Source: an uncultured Alphaproteobacteria bacterium (GTDB lineage Bacteria > Pseudomonadota > Alphaproteobacteria > RF32 > CAG-239). From it: 50,228 nucleotides of DNA. Position 1 is the stretch's first letter; the number at the start of each line of letters is the position of its first letter. The translations under genes were made by a program, and so were the position numbers. Location: contig CAJOLB010000001.1 in assembly GCA_905235385.1 (NCBI GenBank), positions 1-50,228 on the forward strand. The letters run 5' to 3'. The notes below the pieces were generated by a model. That model did not search any database, was not told the DNA's origin, and saw only the letters and a program-made list of their open reading frames with translations. Positions 26,971 through 38,314 of the stretch are shown piece by piece.

Positions 26971-28734
26971 ATGGACATCTTTTTTGCTGTCAACAACGAA
27001 TATGTTTCGAAGCTTTGTGTGACGATTTTTTCGATTTTGGAAAACAATCGACAGGTGCCTGTCTGTTTTTTTCATATTTTAAATACAGATATAACAAATG
27101 AAAGCAAAAAAAAGATTGAAGAGTTGCTCTGTCTATTTTCAAACGGTTATATTGAATATATCAATATTGATACCTCACTTTTTGATAAATTTAAGATGAA
27201 TATTGAATACATTACAAAAGAAACATATTTCAGATATATGATCGCCGAAGTCGCGCCTTATTTAAGCAAATGCCTCTATTTAGATGCAGATATTGCCGTT
27301 AATGGAGATTTATCTTCTCTTTATAATCAGGACATACACGATTTTTACGCTGCCGGCGTAGAAGATTCTTATATTCAAAGCATCAATTACAAAGATAAAT
27401 TGGGATTTAACCCCGAAGATTTATACATAAACGCCGGTGTTCTGCTTCTTAATTTAGAAAACATCAGAAAAGACGGCATCATAAAAAAACTTTTTGAAAA
27501 TACAGCCAAATGGCAAAATAAAATTATGTTTCAAGACCAAGATGTAATTAATATTACTTTCAAAAACAAAATTAAGCCTCTTGACAGTATCTATAATTTC
27601 ATGACAGAAAATGCAAAGACAGAGAAGAACAAACGCAAAAACGCTATTGTTATCCACTATACAGGCAAACGCAAACCTTGGGATTCAGGTTGTCACAACA
27701 AAATGCGTAAAATTTGGTTACGGTATGAAAAAAAATATCAAAAAAGGTCTTGTGGCTTTATTTCTAAAATCAAAAATCTATTTCATCGACAACCAGATTT
27801 TGATATTGATCTTGTCTATTTATGGTGTGACGGAAATGATCCTGCATTCATTAAACGTAAAAATGAAGCCCTTTTAAAAGAAGGAAAGCTTGATATTCAA
27901 GCAACGGCCAACGGACGTTTCAGACAAGTTGATGAGTTAAAATTTTCATTGCGTTCAGTTGAAAAATATATGCCGTGGATTCACCATATTTTTATTGTAA
28001 CCGATAGGCAAGTTCCGAAATGGCTTAATTTAGAGAACAAGAAAATCAGCATTATTGATCATAGCAAAATTTTACCTCAAGAAGTTATTCCGACTTTTAA
28101 TTCATCTGCCATTGAAGGTGCATTGCACAAAATCCCCAACCTTTCGGAACATTTTTTATTTGCTAATGACGACACATTTATCGGAAGAAAAGTTAAACCC
28201 TTATTCTTCTTTACAAAAGATGGAAAAATTATTTTTAGATATAAAAAAGATAAACTCCACCTTGAGAGTTTATATAATAGACAATTGCTTTATACACAAA
28301 ATAAGATGACAGAAAAATTTAATATTTTATACGACTTTTTGCCACACCATAATATCGATTCTTATTTGAAATCAGATTTTGAAATATGTACTGAAATTTT
28401 TAAAACTGAATTTAATGAAACCATCCACCATACATTTCGAAAAGAAACAAGCATTTTAAGGCAAGTTGTTGATTTTTATTCTCTTACGGAAAATCATGCA
28501 AAACCTAAAAATGTCTCTATTAAAAAATGGCAAAAATATTTGATTAGGTATACACCATTTTGTCGTGTTGATTCTTTTTATCAAGGCAACAATCAAAAGT
28601 TACGAAGAATTAAACAATATAATCCTGCACTTTTTTGCATTAATGATACAGAATATTCTTCTGACAAGGATAGGCAGGTTGCTTTTGAATTTTTAAACAA
28701 ACGGTTTCCCTCAAAATCAAGTTTTGAAAAATAA
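26971..28734 (+). CDS. GT8 glycosyltransferase fused to a Stealth-family hexose-phosphotransferase
   Basis: GT8 motifs YLDAD, YINAGVLL, DQD, HYTGKRKPW. Stealth motifs DIDLVYLWCDGND, ELKFSLRSV, PTFNSSAIE, FANDD, FCIND. Confidence 0.9.
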   Translation: MDIFFAVNNEYVSKLCVTIFSILENNRQVPVCFFHILNTDITNESKKKIEELLCLFSNGYIEYINIDTSLFDKFKMNIEYITKETYFRYMIAEVAPYLSKCLYLDADIAVNGDLSSLYNQDIHDFYAAGVEDSYIQSINYKDKLGFNPEDLYINAGVLLLNLENIRKDGIIKKLFENTAKWQNKIMFQDQDVINITFKNKIKPLDSIYNFMTENAKTEKNKRKNAIVIHYTGKRKPWDSGCHNKMRKIWLRYEKKYQKRSCGFISKIKNLFHRQPDFDIDLVYLWCDGNDPAFIKRKNEALLKEGKLDIQATANGRFRQVDELKFSLRSVEKYMPWIHHIFIVTDRQVPKWLNLENKKISIIDHSKILPQEVIPTFNSSAIEGALHKIPNLSEHFLFANDDTFIGRKVKPLFFFTKDGKIIFRYKKDKLHLESLYNRQLLYTQNKMTEKFNILYDFLPHHNIDSYLKSDFEICTEIFKTEFNETIHHTFRKETSILRQVVDFYSLTENHAKPKNVSIKKWQKYLIRYTPFCRVDSFYQGNNQKLRRIKQYNPALFCINDTEYSSDKDRQVAFEFLNKRFPSKSSFEK

Positions 28735-28799
28735 AGCAAGTGTTATCCTTGATTATGACACCATATATCTTTACTCAAAAAATGTTTTTAATCACCTCA

Positions 28800-28835
28800 A
28801 ACAAAGAACCGCTTTTTTAAAAGCGGCTCTTTGTT
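28800..28835. terminator. Bidirectional terminator
   Basis: AACAAAGAaCCGCTTT...AAAGCGGcTCTTTGTT long hairpin between convergent genes. Confidence 0.7.
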
Positions 28836-28871
28836 AAACGATAATGTCAGTTTATCGCATCCTAATAAAAA

Positions 28872-29594
28872 TCAGTAAAAATTCTGATCATTTTTGATTT
28901 TAACATTTGAACGATAATCAACCAATTTTCCGTTTTTAAGCAAAACTTCGCGGTCCATCTTTGCCGCCAAATCCATATTATGTGTGGCAATCAAAGCAGA
29001 CAACCCTGTTTCTTTCACAATATTTAAAAGTTCTAAGAAAACATTATCAGATGTATTCGGATCCAAATTACCTGTAGGCTCATCAGCCAAAAGTATTTTA
29101 GGCGTATTAGCCAAGGCCCGCGCAATAGCCACTCTTTGCTGTTCACCGCCGGAAAGCTCCGCAGGACGATGTTTCAAACGTTCTTTCAAGCCTAAGCGTT
29201 CCAAAAGCCATGAGGCCTTTTCTGTCGCTTGTTTTTTTGATTTTCCGGCAATGAGTTGAGGAATCATCACATTTTCAAGGGCATCGAAATCAGGTAACAA
29301 GTTATGATATTGATACACAAAACCTAAATAATCACGCCTGAGCGATGTACGCAAAGCATCATTTGCCACGGAACAATCTGTTCCGTCTAAAAAAACTTGT
29401 CCTGATGTCGGCCTTTCCAAAAGTCCTGAAATTTGCAGCAATGTAGACTTTCCTGATCCCGAAGGTCCGACCAATGCAATAATTTCTTGAGGCTTGATCG
29501 ACAAATCAAGACTTTTTAAAACCTCAAGCTTTTGTGTCCCTTGATAAAAGTGTTTAGAAATCGATTTTAATTCTAAGGTCGGTGTTTTATTCAT
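28872..29594 (-). CDS. lolD: Lipoprotein-releasing ABC ATPase
   Basis: GPSGSGKS, GFVYQYHNLLPDF, LSGGEQQR, DEPTGNLD. Confidence 0.93.
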   Translation of the reverse strand: MNKTPTLELKSISKHFYQGTQKLEVLKSLDLSIKPQEIIALVGPSGSGKSTLLQISGLLERPTSGQVFLDGTDCSVANDALRTSLRRDYLGFVYQYHNLLPDFDALENVMIPQLIAGKSKKQATEKASWLLERLGLKERLKHRPAELSGGEQQRVAIARALANTPKILLADEPTGNLDPNTSDNVFLELLNIVKETGLSALIATHNMDLAAKMDREVLLKNGKLVDYRSNVKIKNDQNFY

Positions 29595-30840
29595 ATCTTA
29601 ATGCCTCCACAGGATCATATTTCGCGGCTCTGTAAGCAGGATAAATTGTTGCCAGAAAACAAAGCACAAGAGCCACAACGGCAACAATAGAAACTTCTGT
29701 CCAGTTAATTTCAGCAGGCAATTGCGATAAAAAGTATATTTCTGCCGAGAACAAATCACGCCCCGATAAAAACTCAAGGAAATGACGAACGTGTTCGATA
29801 TTCAAACAAAACACAATTCCCAAAACAACGCCGATAAGCGTTCCGACAATTCCGATATACGCACCGTCCGCCATAAAAATACGCATAATCATGCCTTTTG
29901 TCGCACCCATCGTCCTGAGCACGGCAACATCTCTTGCCTTGTCTTTGACAAGCATAATCAATCCTGTGATGATATTAAACGCTGCCACAAGTATAATCAG
30001 TGTTAAAATCAGAAACATCACGTTCCGCTCAACATCAACAGCATTAAAAAACGCGGAATTACTTTGTTTCCAATCATAAACATAAGCGTCTAACCCCACA
30101 CTCTCTTCAATCATATGACGCATTTGTTTTAAATCATCTCCGTTTGAAAGGGTAACATCAATCTGAGTTGCCGCCCCGTAAAGACCGAAAAACTTCTGAG
30201 CAGCCTCAATCGGCATAAAAACAAAATTTGAATCATATTCATACATACCGACATTAAATGTTCCTAAAACGACATACGATTTCATTCTCGGAACCGTTCC
30301 AAACGCCGTCACCTTTCCGTTAGGCGAAATAAGCGTGATTTCATCTCCGACCATAACCCCAAGCTTATCTGCCAATCGCTCGCCCAAAATCACATAATCA
30401 TCATCAAAAGCCTCTATATTAACATTTTTCAAACCATCTCGTAACACGTCTTTTTTGATAATATCCGCTTTTGAAATCCCTCTGACAATTGCACCTTCAG
30501 CAACTGTTCCGGTTGAAATCAATAATTGCTTTTCAATCATCGGGATTGCAATTTCAACACCTTCTAACTCTTCCAAATCTTTAGTCGCCGACAAATAATC
30601 CGTGAAAGGATAGCCTGGCGTTGAAACAACCATAATATGTCCGTTTAAACCCAAAATACGGGATAAAAGCTCACTTTTAAATCCGTTCATAACGCTCATA
30701 ACAATAATAAGCGTTGCAACACCGAGTGCAATCCCCGTAAACGCAAACCCCGTAATAACGGATATGAAACCTTCTTTTCTTTTAGCCCTTAAATAGCGCC
30801 ACGCCAACATTCGTTCAAATTTTGAAAATATCATCGGCAT
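29587..30840 (-). CDS. lolE: Lipoprotein-releasing ABC permease LolC/E
   Basis: AWRYLRAKRKEGFISVI, MSVMNGF, AAFNII, DPVEALRYE. Confidence 0.92.
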   Translation of the reverse strand: MPMIFSKFERMLAWRYLRAKRKEGFISVITGFAFTGIALGVATLIIVMSVMNGFKSELLSRILGLNGHIMVVSTPGYPFTDYLSATKDLEELEGVEIAIPMIEKQLLISTGTVAEGAIVRGISKADIIKKDVLRDGLKNVNIEAFDDDYVILGERLADKLGVMVGDEITLISPNGKVTAFGTVPRMKSYVVLGTFNVGMYEYDSNFVFMPIEAAQKFFGLYGAATQIDVTLSNGDDLKQMRHMIEESVGLDAYVYDWKQSNSAFFNAVDVERNVMFLILTLIILVAAFNIITGLIMLVKDKARDVAVLRTMGATKGMIMRIFMADGAYIGIVGTLIGVVLGIVFCLNIEHVRHFLEFLSGRDLFSAEIYFLSQLPAEINWTEVSIVAVVALVLCFLATIYPAYRAAKYDPVEALRYE

Positions 30841-30846
30841 ATATCC

Positions 30847-31986
<1,140 letters not shown>

Positions 31987-31991
31987 TTAAC

Positions 31992-32888
31992 CTATTTATT
32001 TGTATTTGTTAATTTAGGACTAACCCACATTTGACCTTGCCTTAAAAATTCCGGCAATTCTTTTAATGCCGAAGCACCCGCAGCCTTTGCATGCCCTCCG
32101 CCTCCGAACTTCATGGCAATTTTAGAAACATCAACATCATCTTTTGCCGTATAGAAAGACAAATTCCAGCAATTTTTCTTATTCATAAAAAAATTAATCA
32201 TAACATCATAGTCTTGAATATCGTCCAAACTGTCATAAAACTCGGAATAACCCTGAGCAATATTCGCGCAGATACAACGATAACCCTCATATTCAGTCAC
32301 AAAAGCTTGAGCACGAGCCAACCTGTAATTTCGATTATGAATATATGATAAAATCGCTCTTCCTTTTTCAACCATCGGATTAATTTCAACTTCATCACGA
32401 ATAAGTTGCCCCCAAATTTTCTCATTCGGTTTGTTAACACCCATAGCTTGCATCGCATATTCGAAAGGACGAACGCGCTTATCCGATAAATCAAAAACAT
32501 CATTTAATCCCAAAAGCTTAATACCAAGCGGAATTTTCTTTAAAGGATAAAAATATTGCCAAGTTAAAATAATCGCAGCAGTTCCAACCTGACGTATACC
32601 TTTGATCTCTTTTTCACCTTCTTTGACCTTTTCTTCATAAGCTTCAATAATAGACACATGATGATCTATCCATGTTAAATCTTTCCTTTGATTAAGGTCG
32701 AACATATAATCAAGCGGCAGAGCAATGTCACAAATAACAATTTTATCATGCTTTTCAATTTCATCATATGGCAATTCGCTGTCATGATTAAAGGGCAAAA
32801 ACTCAACATCGGGATAAACGCTTTTAACAATCGCCGCCGATCCTTTTCCGTCATGATCTGCCATATGGTATATACATAACATATTCAT
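31992..32888 (-). CDS. DHH/DHHA1 phosphoesterase (nanoRNase-like)
   Basis: YHxxDxDG, WIDHH, GGGHAKAAG. Confidence 0.85.
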   Translation of the reverse strand: MNMLCIYHMADHDGKGSAAIVKSVYPDVEFLPFNHDSELPYDEIEKHDKIVICDIALPLDYMFDLNQRKDLTWIDHHVSIIEAYEEKVKEGEKEIKGIRQVGTAAIILTWQYFYPLKKIPLGIKLLGLNDVFDLSDKRVRPFEYAMQAMGVNKPNEKIWGQLIRDEVEINPMVEKGRAILSYIHNRNYRLARAQAFVTEYEGYRCICANIAQGYSEFYDSLDDIQDYDVMINFFMNKKNCWNLSFYTAKDDVDVSKIAMKFGGGGHAKAAGASALKELPEFLRQGQMWVSPKLTNTNK

Positions 32889-32896
32889 TCCCTTTC

Positions 32897-33691
32897 CTAA
32901 AATTCAACAACCATACCGTCATACGCTACAAGCACATTCTCCGGTGTTAAAGCATTAACATTATCATAATCACACTCTGCAGCCATATGATTGATAATCG
33001 CTCGCTCGGGTTTAATCAGATTAACATATTCTAAAAGTTTATCAAGTTCCATATGATATTTTTTAGGATATTGTGATTTAATAACCGTCAGCGGAAGAAC
33101 TAAAATCTTAGGTTTGACCTTAATCAAATCCAATCCCTCTTCTGAAATTTGACTGCAATCGGCTACATAAACAACTTCCCCGTCATTAAACACATATCCG
33201 TTTGAAGCAACCGTATGCCCCTCAAGACCTAAAAGATTAACTTTCAAATCATCAAGATATAAAGGCTCTTTGTCTTTAATAACATGAGCATTTAGGCTCG
33301 CTTTAAATATGCCTTTGCAAGGAAAAAAACTATCCCCGATCAAATAAGAAAAGCGAGTCTCAATTTCTTTTATCGTACCCGCCGAGCCGTAAATATCAAG
33401 AGGCTTTCCGCTGATACGATTAATCTCTCTTAAATCATCAATTCCGTGTAGATGATCAGCATGCGCATGGGTGTAAAAAACCGCATCTAAATATCGGATA
33501 TCAGCATCTAACAATTGCGAGCGTAAATCCGGCGAAGTGTCTATCAAAAAACATTTTCCGCCAAGTTCTATATATGTGCCTATACGTCTGCGCCTGTTTT
33601 TAGGATTATTCGGATTGCAATCCCCCCATCCCCTTGAAAGTGATGGAACACCGGGCGCCGCACCCGTTCCTGTCATAATTATTTTATTCAT
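32897..33691 (-). CDS. PhnP-like metallo-beta-lactamase-fold hydrolase
   Basis: GTG..GVP, IDTSPDLR, THAHADH. Confidence 0.9.
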   Translation of the reverse strand: MNKIIMTGTGAAPGVPSLSRGWGDCNPNNPKNRRRRIGTYIELGGKCFLIDTSPDLRSQLLDADIRYLDAVFYTHAHADHLHGIDDLREINRISGKPLDIYGSAGTIKEIETRFSYLIGDSFFPCKGIFKASLNAHVIKDKEPLYLDDLKVNLLGLEGHTVASNGYVFNDGEVVYVADCSQISEEGLDLIKVKPKILVLPLTVIKSQYPKKYHMELDKLLEYVNLIKPERAIINHMAAECDYDNVNALTPENVLVAYDGMVVEF

Positions 33692-34467
33692 AGCTTTTTT
33701 GCCTTTTGAAACAATTTAAAAAAATTATCCGTTGTCACGTCTGATATATAAGAAAAATCTACTTGTTTAATATTTGCTAAAACTTGAGCAGTATGCACAA
33801 CAAAAGAAGGCTCGTTTATATGTCCGCGCATCGGCACGGGAGCTAAATAAGGCGTATCTGTTTCAACAAGAAGCCGATCAAGCTCAATTTGCTCAAAATG
33901 TTTGCGTAATTCCTCCGCATTTTTAAAAGTAATCATACCTGAAGCCGAAATGTAAAAACCGATTTCCAAAGCTTCTTTAGCAAGCTCTAAGCCGGAACTG
34001 TAACTATGAATCACACCGCTAAACGGTTTTTCCTTATAAGCATCTGAAAGCAAAGTCATTGTATCAACATCTGCTTCTCTTGTATGCACGATGAGAGGAA
34101 GCCCGCTTTCTTGTGAAGCTCTTATCATCTCTTTGAAAACTTTAATCTGCGTATCTCTCGGCGAAAAGTCATAAAAATAATCAAGCCCGCATTCACCGAT
34201 CGCCACGACAAAAGGATTGAGCGTATTCTTTAACACATCTTCTGCCTTGATTTCACAAAAATCTTTGGCATCATGAGGATGAACTCCGGTTGAGGTAAAG
34301 ACACAAGAAAAACGCTCACAAATATCTTTTTGCATATCAAATTCATCAAATCTGGAACCGGCATTTAAAAAATAACAAACACCGGCATTCTTTGCTCGTT
34401 TGATAACAGAATCTATTTGATGATAAATGTCTGTATTTGAAAGATGGCAATGACTATCAACCAACAT
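33688..34467 (-). CDS. tatD: TatD-family DNase
   Basis: DSHCH, GVHPH, IGECGLD, ETDTPYLAP. Confidence 0.93.
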   Translation of the reverse strand: MLVDSHCHLSNTDIYHQIDSVIKRAKNAGVCYFLNAGSRFDEFDMQKDICERFSCVFTSTGVHPHDAKDFCEIKAEDVLKNTLNPFVVAIGECGLDYFYDFSPRDTQIKVFKEMIRASQESGLPLIVHTREADVDTMTLLSDAYKEKPFSGVIHSYSSGLELAKEALEIGFYISASGMITFKNAEELRKHFEQIELDRLLVETDTPYLAPVPMRGHINEPSFVVHTAQVLANIKQVDFSYISDVTTDNFFKLFQKAKKL

Positions 34468-35512
34468 TTGACACCGCCTTTGTAACCGAATGGCAAATAT
34501 GAATAATCGCTTGTCTCTTGTCCATATTTAACGATATAACATCTTGATTTTGTTTCAAAATATCAGCATATAGTGAAAACAGTTCGTCAACATGTTCACC
34601 TGATTTGATCATTTCCGAAATAAATTGTAACATCAAATTGATAATGAGTTCCCAAATATTCTCATCACTTGAGGCCATACTGGCAAGTTCCAATCCTTGT
34701 GACAAATCAAAGCGTTCCCCCGAACAAAAAACAGATTTTACGGTCTGATAGATCTCCAAAGCGTCATAATGTGCATAGTCAAGCGCACGACCGATACTTC
34801 CTTGGCTTATTTTTGCCAAATCAACAACTTTCTTTTCTGATAATTCAGGAAGATACCTCCTCAATAAAGTCGCCACATATTCCTCAGAGAGAACATCCAA
34901 ATGTAATCTCGAACAGCGCGAACGGATAGTCGGTAAAAGTTTCGACGGATTGTGTGAAATAAGTAACAACACACTTTTTTCCGGAGGCTCTTCTAAAATT
35001 TTTAAAATAGCATTGGCACTTGCCGTATTTAAATCATCAACGCTGTCTATCAGAACAACGCGCCACAATCCGTCAAAAGATTTTTTGCTCAAAAATTGAT
35101 TGATTTCTCTGATTTCATCAACTTTTATAACGGCCGATCTTTTTAAAGATTGTAAATCATCTTCATCCATCGGCTCTCCGTCACGAATAGCCTTAATAAC
35201 TTTCTTTTTATCCGTTTCGGTATAACCTCTTTCAATCAACTTAAAATTAGGATGAGAGCCGCCTGAAATTTGAGAAAAGACAGGGTTCGTTTCCAAAACA
35301 TTAAGAGAAACACATTTTGAATATTCACTTTCATCTGTCGCAAGCAAAAAACGAGCGATTTTATAAGCAAACGTTGCCTTTCCGATACCTTTCATACCAT
35401 CAATCAAAAAAGCATGATGAAGTGTCTTACGCTTGACACAATCCAAAAACAACTTTTCGGCTTTTTCATGACCGATTAAATATGAATTATCTTTCGGAGA
35501 AACATATGCCAT
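34457..35512 (-). CDS. holB: DNA polymerase III delta' subunit
   Basis: HAFLIDGMKGIGK, ANAILKILEEPP, LLPTIRSRC; follows tmk. Confidence 0.92.
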   Translation of the reverse strand: MAYVSPKDNSYLIGHEKAEKLFLDCVKRKTLHHAFLIDGMKGIGKATFAYKIARFLLATDESEYSKCVSLNVLETNPVFSQISGGSHPNFKLIERGYTETDKKKVIKAIRDGEPMDEDDLQSLKRSAVIKVDEIREINQFLSKKSFDGLWRVVLIDSVDDLNTASANAILKILEEPPEKSVLLLISHNPSKLLPTIRSRCSRLHLDVLSEEYVATLLRRYLPELSEKKVVDLAKISQGSIGRALDYAHYDALEIYQTVKSVFCSGERFDLSQGLELASMASSDENIWELIINLMLQFISEMIKSGEHVDELFSLYADILKQNQDVISLNMDKRQAIIHICHSVTKAVSNVG

Positions 35513-35515
35513 ATT

Positions 35516-36160
35516 CTACAAGCCAAACCTTTCTTGAATAAGCTTAACGATATCAGAGTGAAGGCTTTCAACGGATTGGTCTGCGTTCAGCACAGAGCAT
35601 CTGTCCGGCTCATTTCGGGCAATTTCCAAATATCCTAAACGCAAATTTTTATGCCATTGTAAAACGCGTTTTTCATTTCTTGTTTCTTGAACATCCATTG
35701 TTGACGCCTTCTTAAAAGAGCGTGCCAAACCGATTTCGGGATCAATATCTAAAATAATGGTCAAATCGGGCTTAAAATCGCCGACAGAAAAACGATAAAG
35801 CATTTCAATGTTCTCTTTAGACAAACGCTTGTCATAAGCATAATACTGATATGCTGTTGTTGAATCGGCAAAACGATCACTGATAACCCATTTTCCCTCT
35901 TTAAGCGCCGGCCATACTTTTTGAGTCATATGAATACGCCTGTCAGCAAAAAACAACAAGGCTTCGGCATTTGCATCCATCTTATCGGCAGATCCTTGAA
36001 CAAGAAGTTTTCTGAGTTCCAATCCAATAGGCGTGCCGCCGGGTTCTTTAGTAACAACGACATCAATGCCTTTTGAAAGCAAAAATTGATTCAGAAGGGC
36101 AATCTGTGTTGATTTTCCGCTGCCTTCCCCGCCCTCAAAAGTAATGAACGGTGCCTTCAT
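35516..36160 (-). CDS. tmk: Thymidylate kinase
   Basis: FITFEGGEGSGKSTQ, EPGGT, DRFADST. Confidence 0.96.
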   Translation of the reverse strand: MKAPFITFEGGEGSGKSTQIALLNQFLLSKGIDVVVTKEPGGTPIGLELRKLLVQGSADKMDANAEALLFFADRRIHMTQKVWPALKEGKWVISDRFADSTTAYQYYAYDKRLSKENIEMLYRFSVGDFKPDLTIILDIDPEIGLARSFKKASTMDVQETRNEKRVLQWHKNLRLGYLEIARNEPDRCSVLNADQSVESLHSDIVKLIQERFGL

Positions 36161-37296
36161 TATTTGCTACCTCTGATATAATATTTGGCATTTTCAATAA
36201 TCTTTTTAAGCAAACCTATACGAGCAACATCTTTAGCCGCAACCAATTGAACGGTTTTGACATCGCCTGAAGGCGCAATCAATTCAACCACACCGACGGT
36301 GCTGCCTTTCTTAATCGGGGCAATCAAGGGTTCATTATAAATCACCTTAAAGCGGTAATCCTTAATTTGATTTTTTTGCAAAGTCAAAAGAACATCATCT
36401 GAAACGACCATATCAACTGTTTGGTCCGTCCCATACCAAACTTTTGCTTTTTCAATAACAGTACCTTTTGATAAAACTTTATAATTAGCAAACTCTCTAA
36501 AACCGTAACTCATTAAGCGTTCTGATTCTTCCGAACGTTCTTTGTTGCTGCTCAATCCGCCCACAACTTCTATTAAGCGTCTTCCTCCGCGAAGAGCAGA
36601 ACCCGTCAAACAAAAGCCGGCTTCTTCCGTGTGTCCTGTCTTCAACCCGTCCGCACCTGTCATCGAATACAACAGCGGATTGCGGTTGCCTTGTTTAATA
36701 CCGTTATGAATAAACTCTTTTTCTTGAAAAATATGATAATATTCCGGATATTCTTTAATAATGGTCCTTGCTAAAATAGCCAAATCTTCAGCCGACATAC
36801 GCTGATTTTCATCAGGCAAACCTGTCGAATTAGCAAAGATAGAATTTTTCAAACCGATTTTGCGAGCCGTTTCGTTCATCAAAGATGCAAAGTCCTCCTC
36901 CGAACCTGCAATATTTTCTGCTGCAACGATACAAGCATCATTTCCCGATTGAACAACAATTCCACGAAGTAAATCGTCTATTTTAACATTTTCACCAATT
37001 TTCAAAAACATTGTAGAGCCGCCGCTCGCCGCACCGCCTTTACGCCAAGCATTTTCACTAACCGTAAACTCATCATCAAGTGAGAGCAAACCTTTTTTAA
37101 GTCTGTCGAAAATAATATAAACCGTCATCAATTTGCTCATAGAAGCAGGCGCCATAGGTTCTTGATGATTTTTGGTATAGATATATGTCCCTGTATCAAA
37201 ATCCATCAAAATTGCATTTTTGGCAGCCGTTTCAAAAGCATAACCATTTGAAACAAACAAAAGACTAAATACAGCCGATAAAAGTATTTTTTTCAA
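36160..37296 (-). CDS. dacA: D-alanyl-D-alanine carboxypeptidase (PBP5/6)
   Basis: SxxK (SMSK), SGN and KTG motifs; signal peptide. Confidence 0.92.
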   Translation of the reverse strand: MKKILLSAVFSLLFVSNGYAFETAAKNAILMDFDTGTYIYTKNHQEPMAPASMSKLMTVYIIFDRLKKGLLSLDDEFTVSENAWRKGGAASGGSTMFLKIGENVKIDDLLRGIVVQSGNDACIVAAENIAGSEEDFASLMNETARKIGLKNSIFANSTGLPDENQRMSAEDLAILARTIIKEYPEYYHIFQEKEFIHNGIKQGNRNPLLYSMTGADGLKTGHTEEAGFCLTGSALRGGRRLIEVVGGLSSNKERSEESERLMSYGFREFANYKVLSKGTVIEKAKVWYGTDQTVDMVVSDDVLLTLQKNQIKDYRFKVIYNEPLIAPIKKGSTVGVVELIAPSGDVKTVQLVAAKDVARIGLLKKIIENAKYYIRGSK

Positions 37297-37308
37297 TTTT
37301 TTTCTCCT

Positions 37309-38139
37309 TTATTTTTGAACGATTCTTGCATCTCTGAAACCAGCAGATTGTAAACTTAATAATTTGTTATGAGCCGAATCTTCATTAAGAGGTCCTAAGC
37401 GAACTCGATAATAAAGCGCACCGTTGACATATGCCTCTTCAATATCTGTAGAACCGAATTCCTTAAGTTTATTTTCAAACTGCAAGGCTAAATCTTTTTC
37501 TCGAAATGAGCCTGCTTGTATGAACTTTCCGCCCGAAGCCGTTGTCGCTCCTGAAACAATAATTTGAGAAGAGTTTGATGCGACTGTAGAAGATTGTGAA
37601 AGAACCGGCGTCTCAACGTTTTGACCTAAAAGCGCATTTTTTAGGGCCTTGCTCTCCTGAGCCATGATTTCGACCTTAACTTTTGCCGTCCCTTTGGTCT
37701 GATAGCCTAAAAGCTGAGCCCCTCGTTTTGAAATATCAATAATACGTTCTTTAGCATACGGACCTCGGTCATTAACTCTTAAGACCAAAGATCTTCCGTT
37801 TTCCAAATTCGTTACTTTAACAATTGATGGCAAAGGCAATGTTCGATGTGCCGCCGTTAAGGTATTCATATCATAACTTTCGCCGTTTGCGGTCCTTTTT
37901 GCATGGAAATCATCTCCATACCAACTGGCGATACCGACCTCCGAATAATTATAGTCTTCTTTCGGATAATACCATCTGCCCATAATTTGATAAGGATTGC
38001 CGACTTTATAAACGCCGCCGTATTGCTTAATGACCATAGCTTGAGCCTTAGGTGACAAACCGGCAAGTTCGGGCGTTCCATGAGTTGAACATCCGGTAAC
38101 AAAACAAATCAATAAAAAGATTTTGAAGTATTTAAGCAT
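37309..38139 (-). CDS. rlpA: Septal lytic transglycosylase lipoprotein with SPOR domain
   Basis: Lipobox VTGC, GIASWYG, TAAHRTLP, VNDRGP, C-terminal SPOR. Confidence 0.93.
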   Translation of the reverse strand: MLKYFKIFLLICFVTGCSTHGTPELAGLSPKAQAMVIKQYGGVYKVGNPYQIMGRWYYPKEDYNYSEVGIASWYGDDFHAKRTANGESYDMNTLTAAHRTLPLPSIVKVTNLENGRSLVLRVNDRGPYAKERIIDISKRGAQLLGYQTKGTAKVKVEIMAQESKALKNALLGQNVETPVLSQSSTVASNSSQIIVSGATTASGGKFIQAGSFREKDLALQFENKLKEFGSTDIEEAYVNGALYYRVRLGPLNEDSAHNKLLSLQSAGFRDARIVQK

Positions 38140-38314
38140 ATTTATCTTATCTTTCGTTCATAACAGATAAGATAAACTAGCGTTTTTTTTAGCTTTCATC
38201 AAGCATGATTACAAGGTTATACAATAAAAATCTTCTCTGATTGATAACTTTGACATCACTTTCTTAACAAAGTTAAAACTTAAGAGAATATTCTGAAACC
38301 AGTGAATGAAAATC

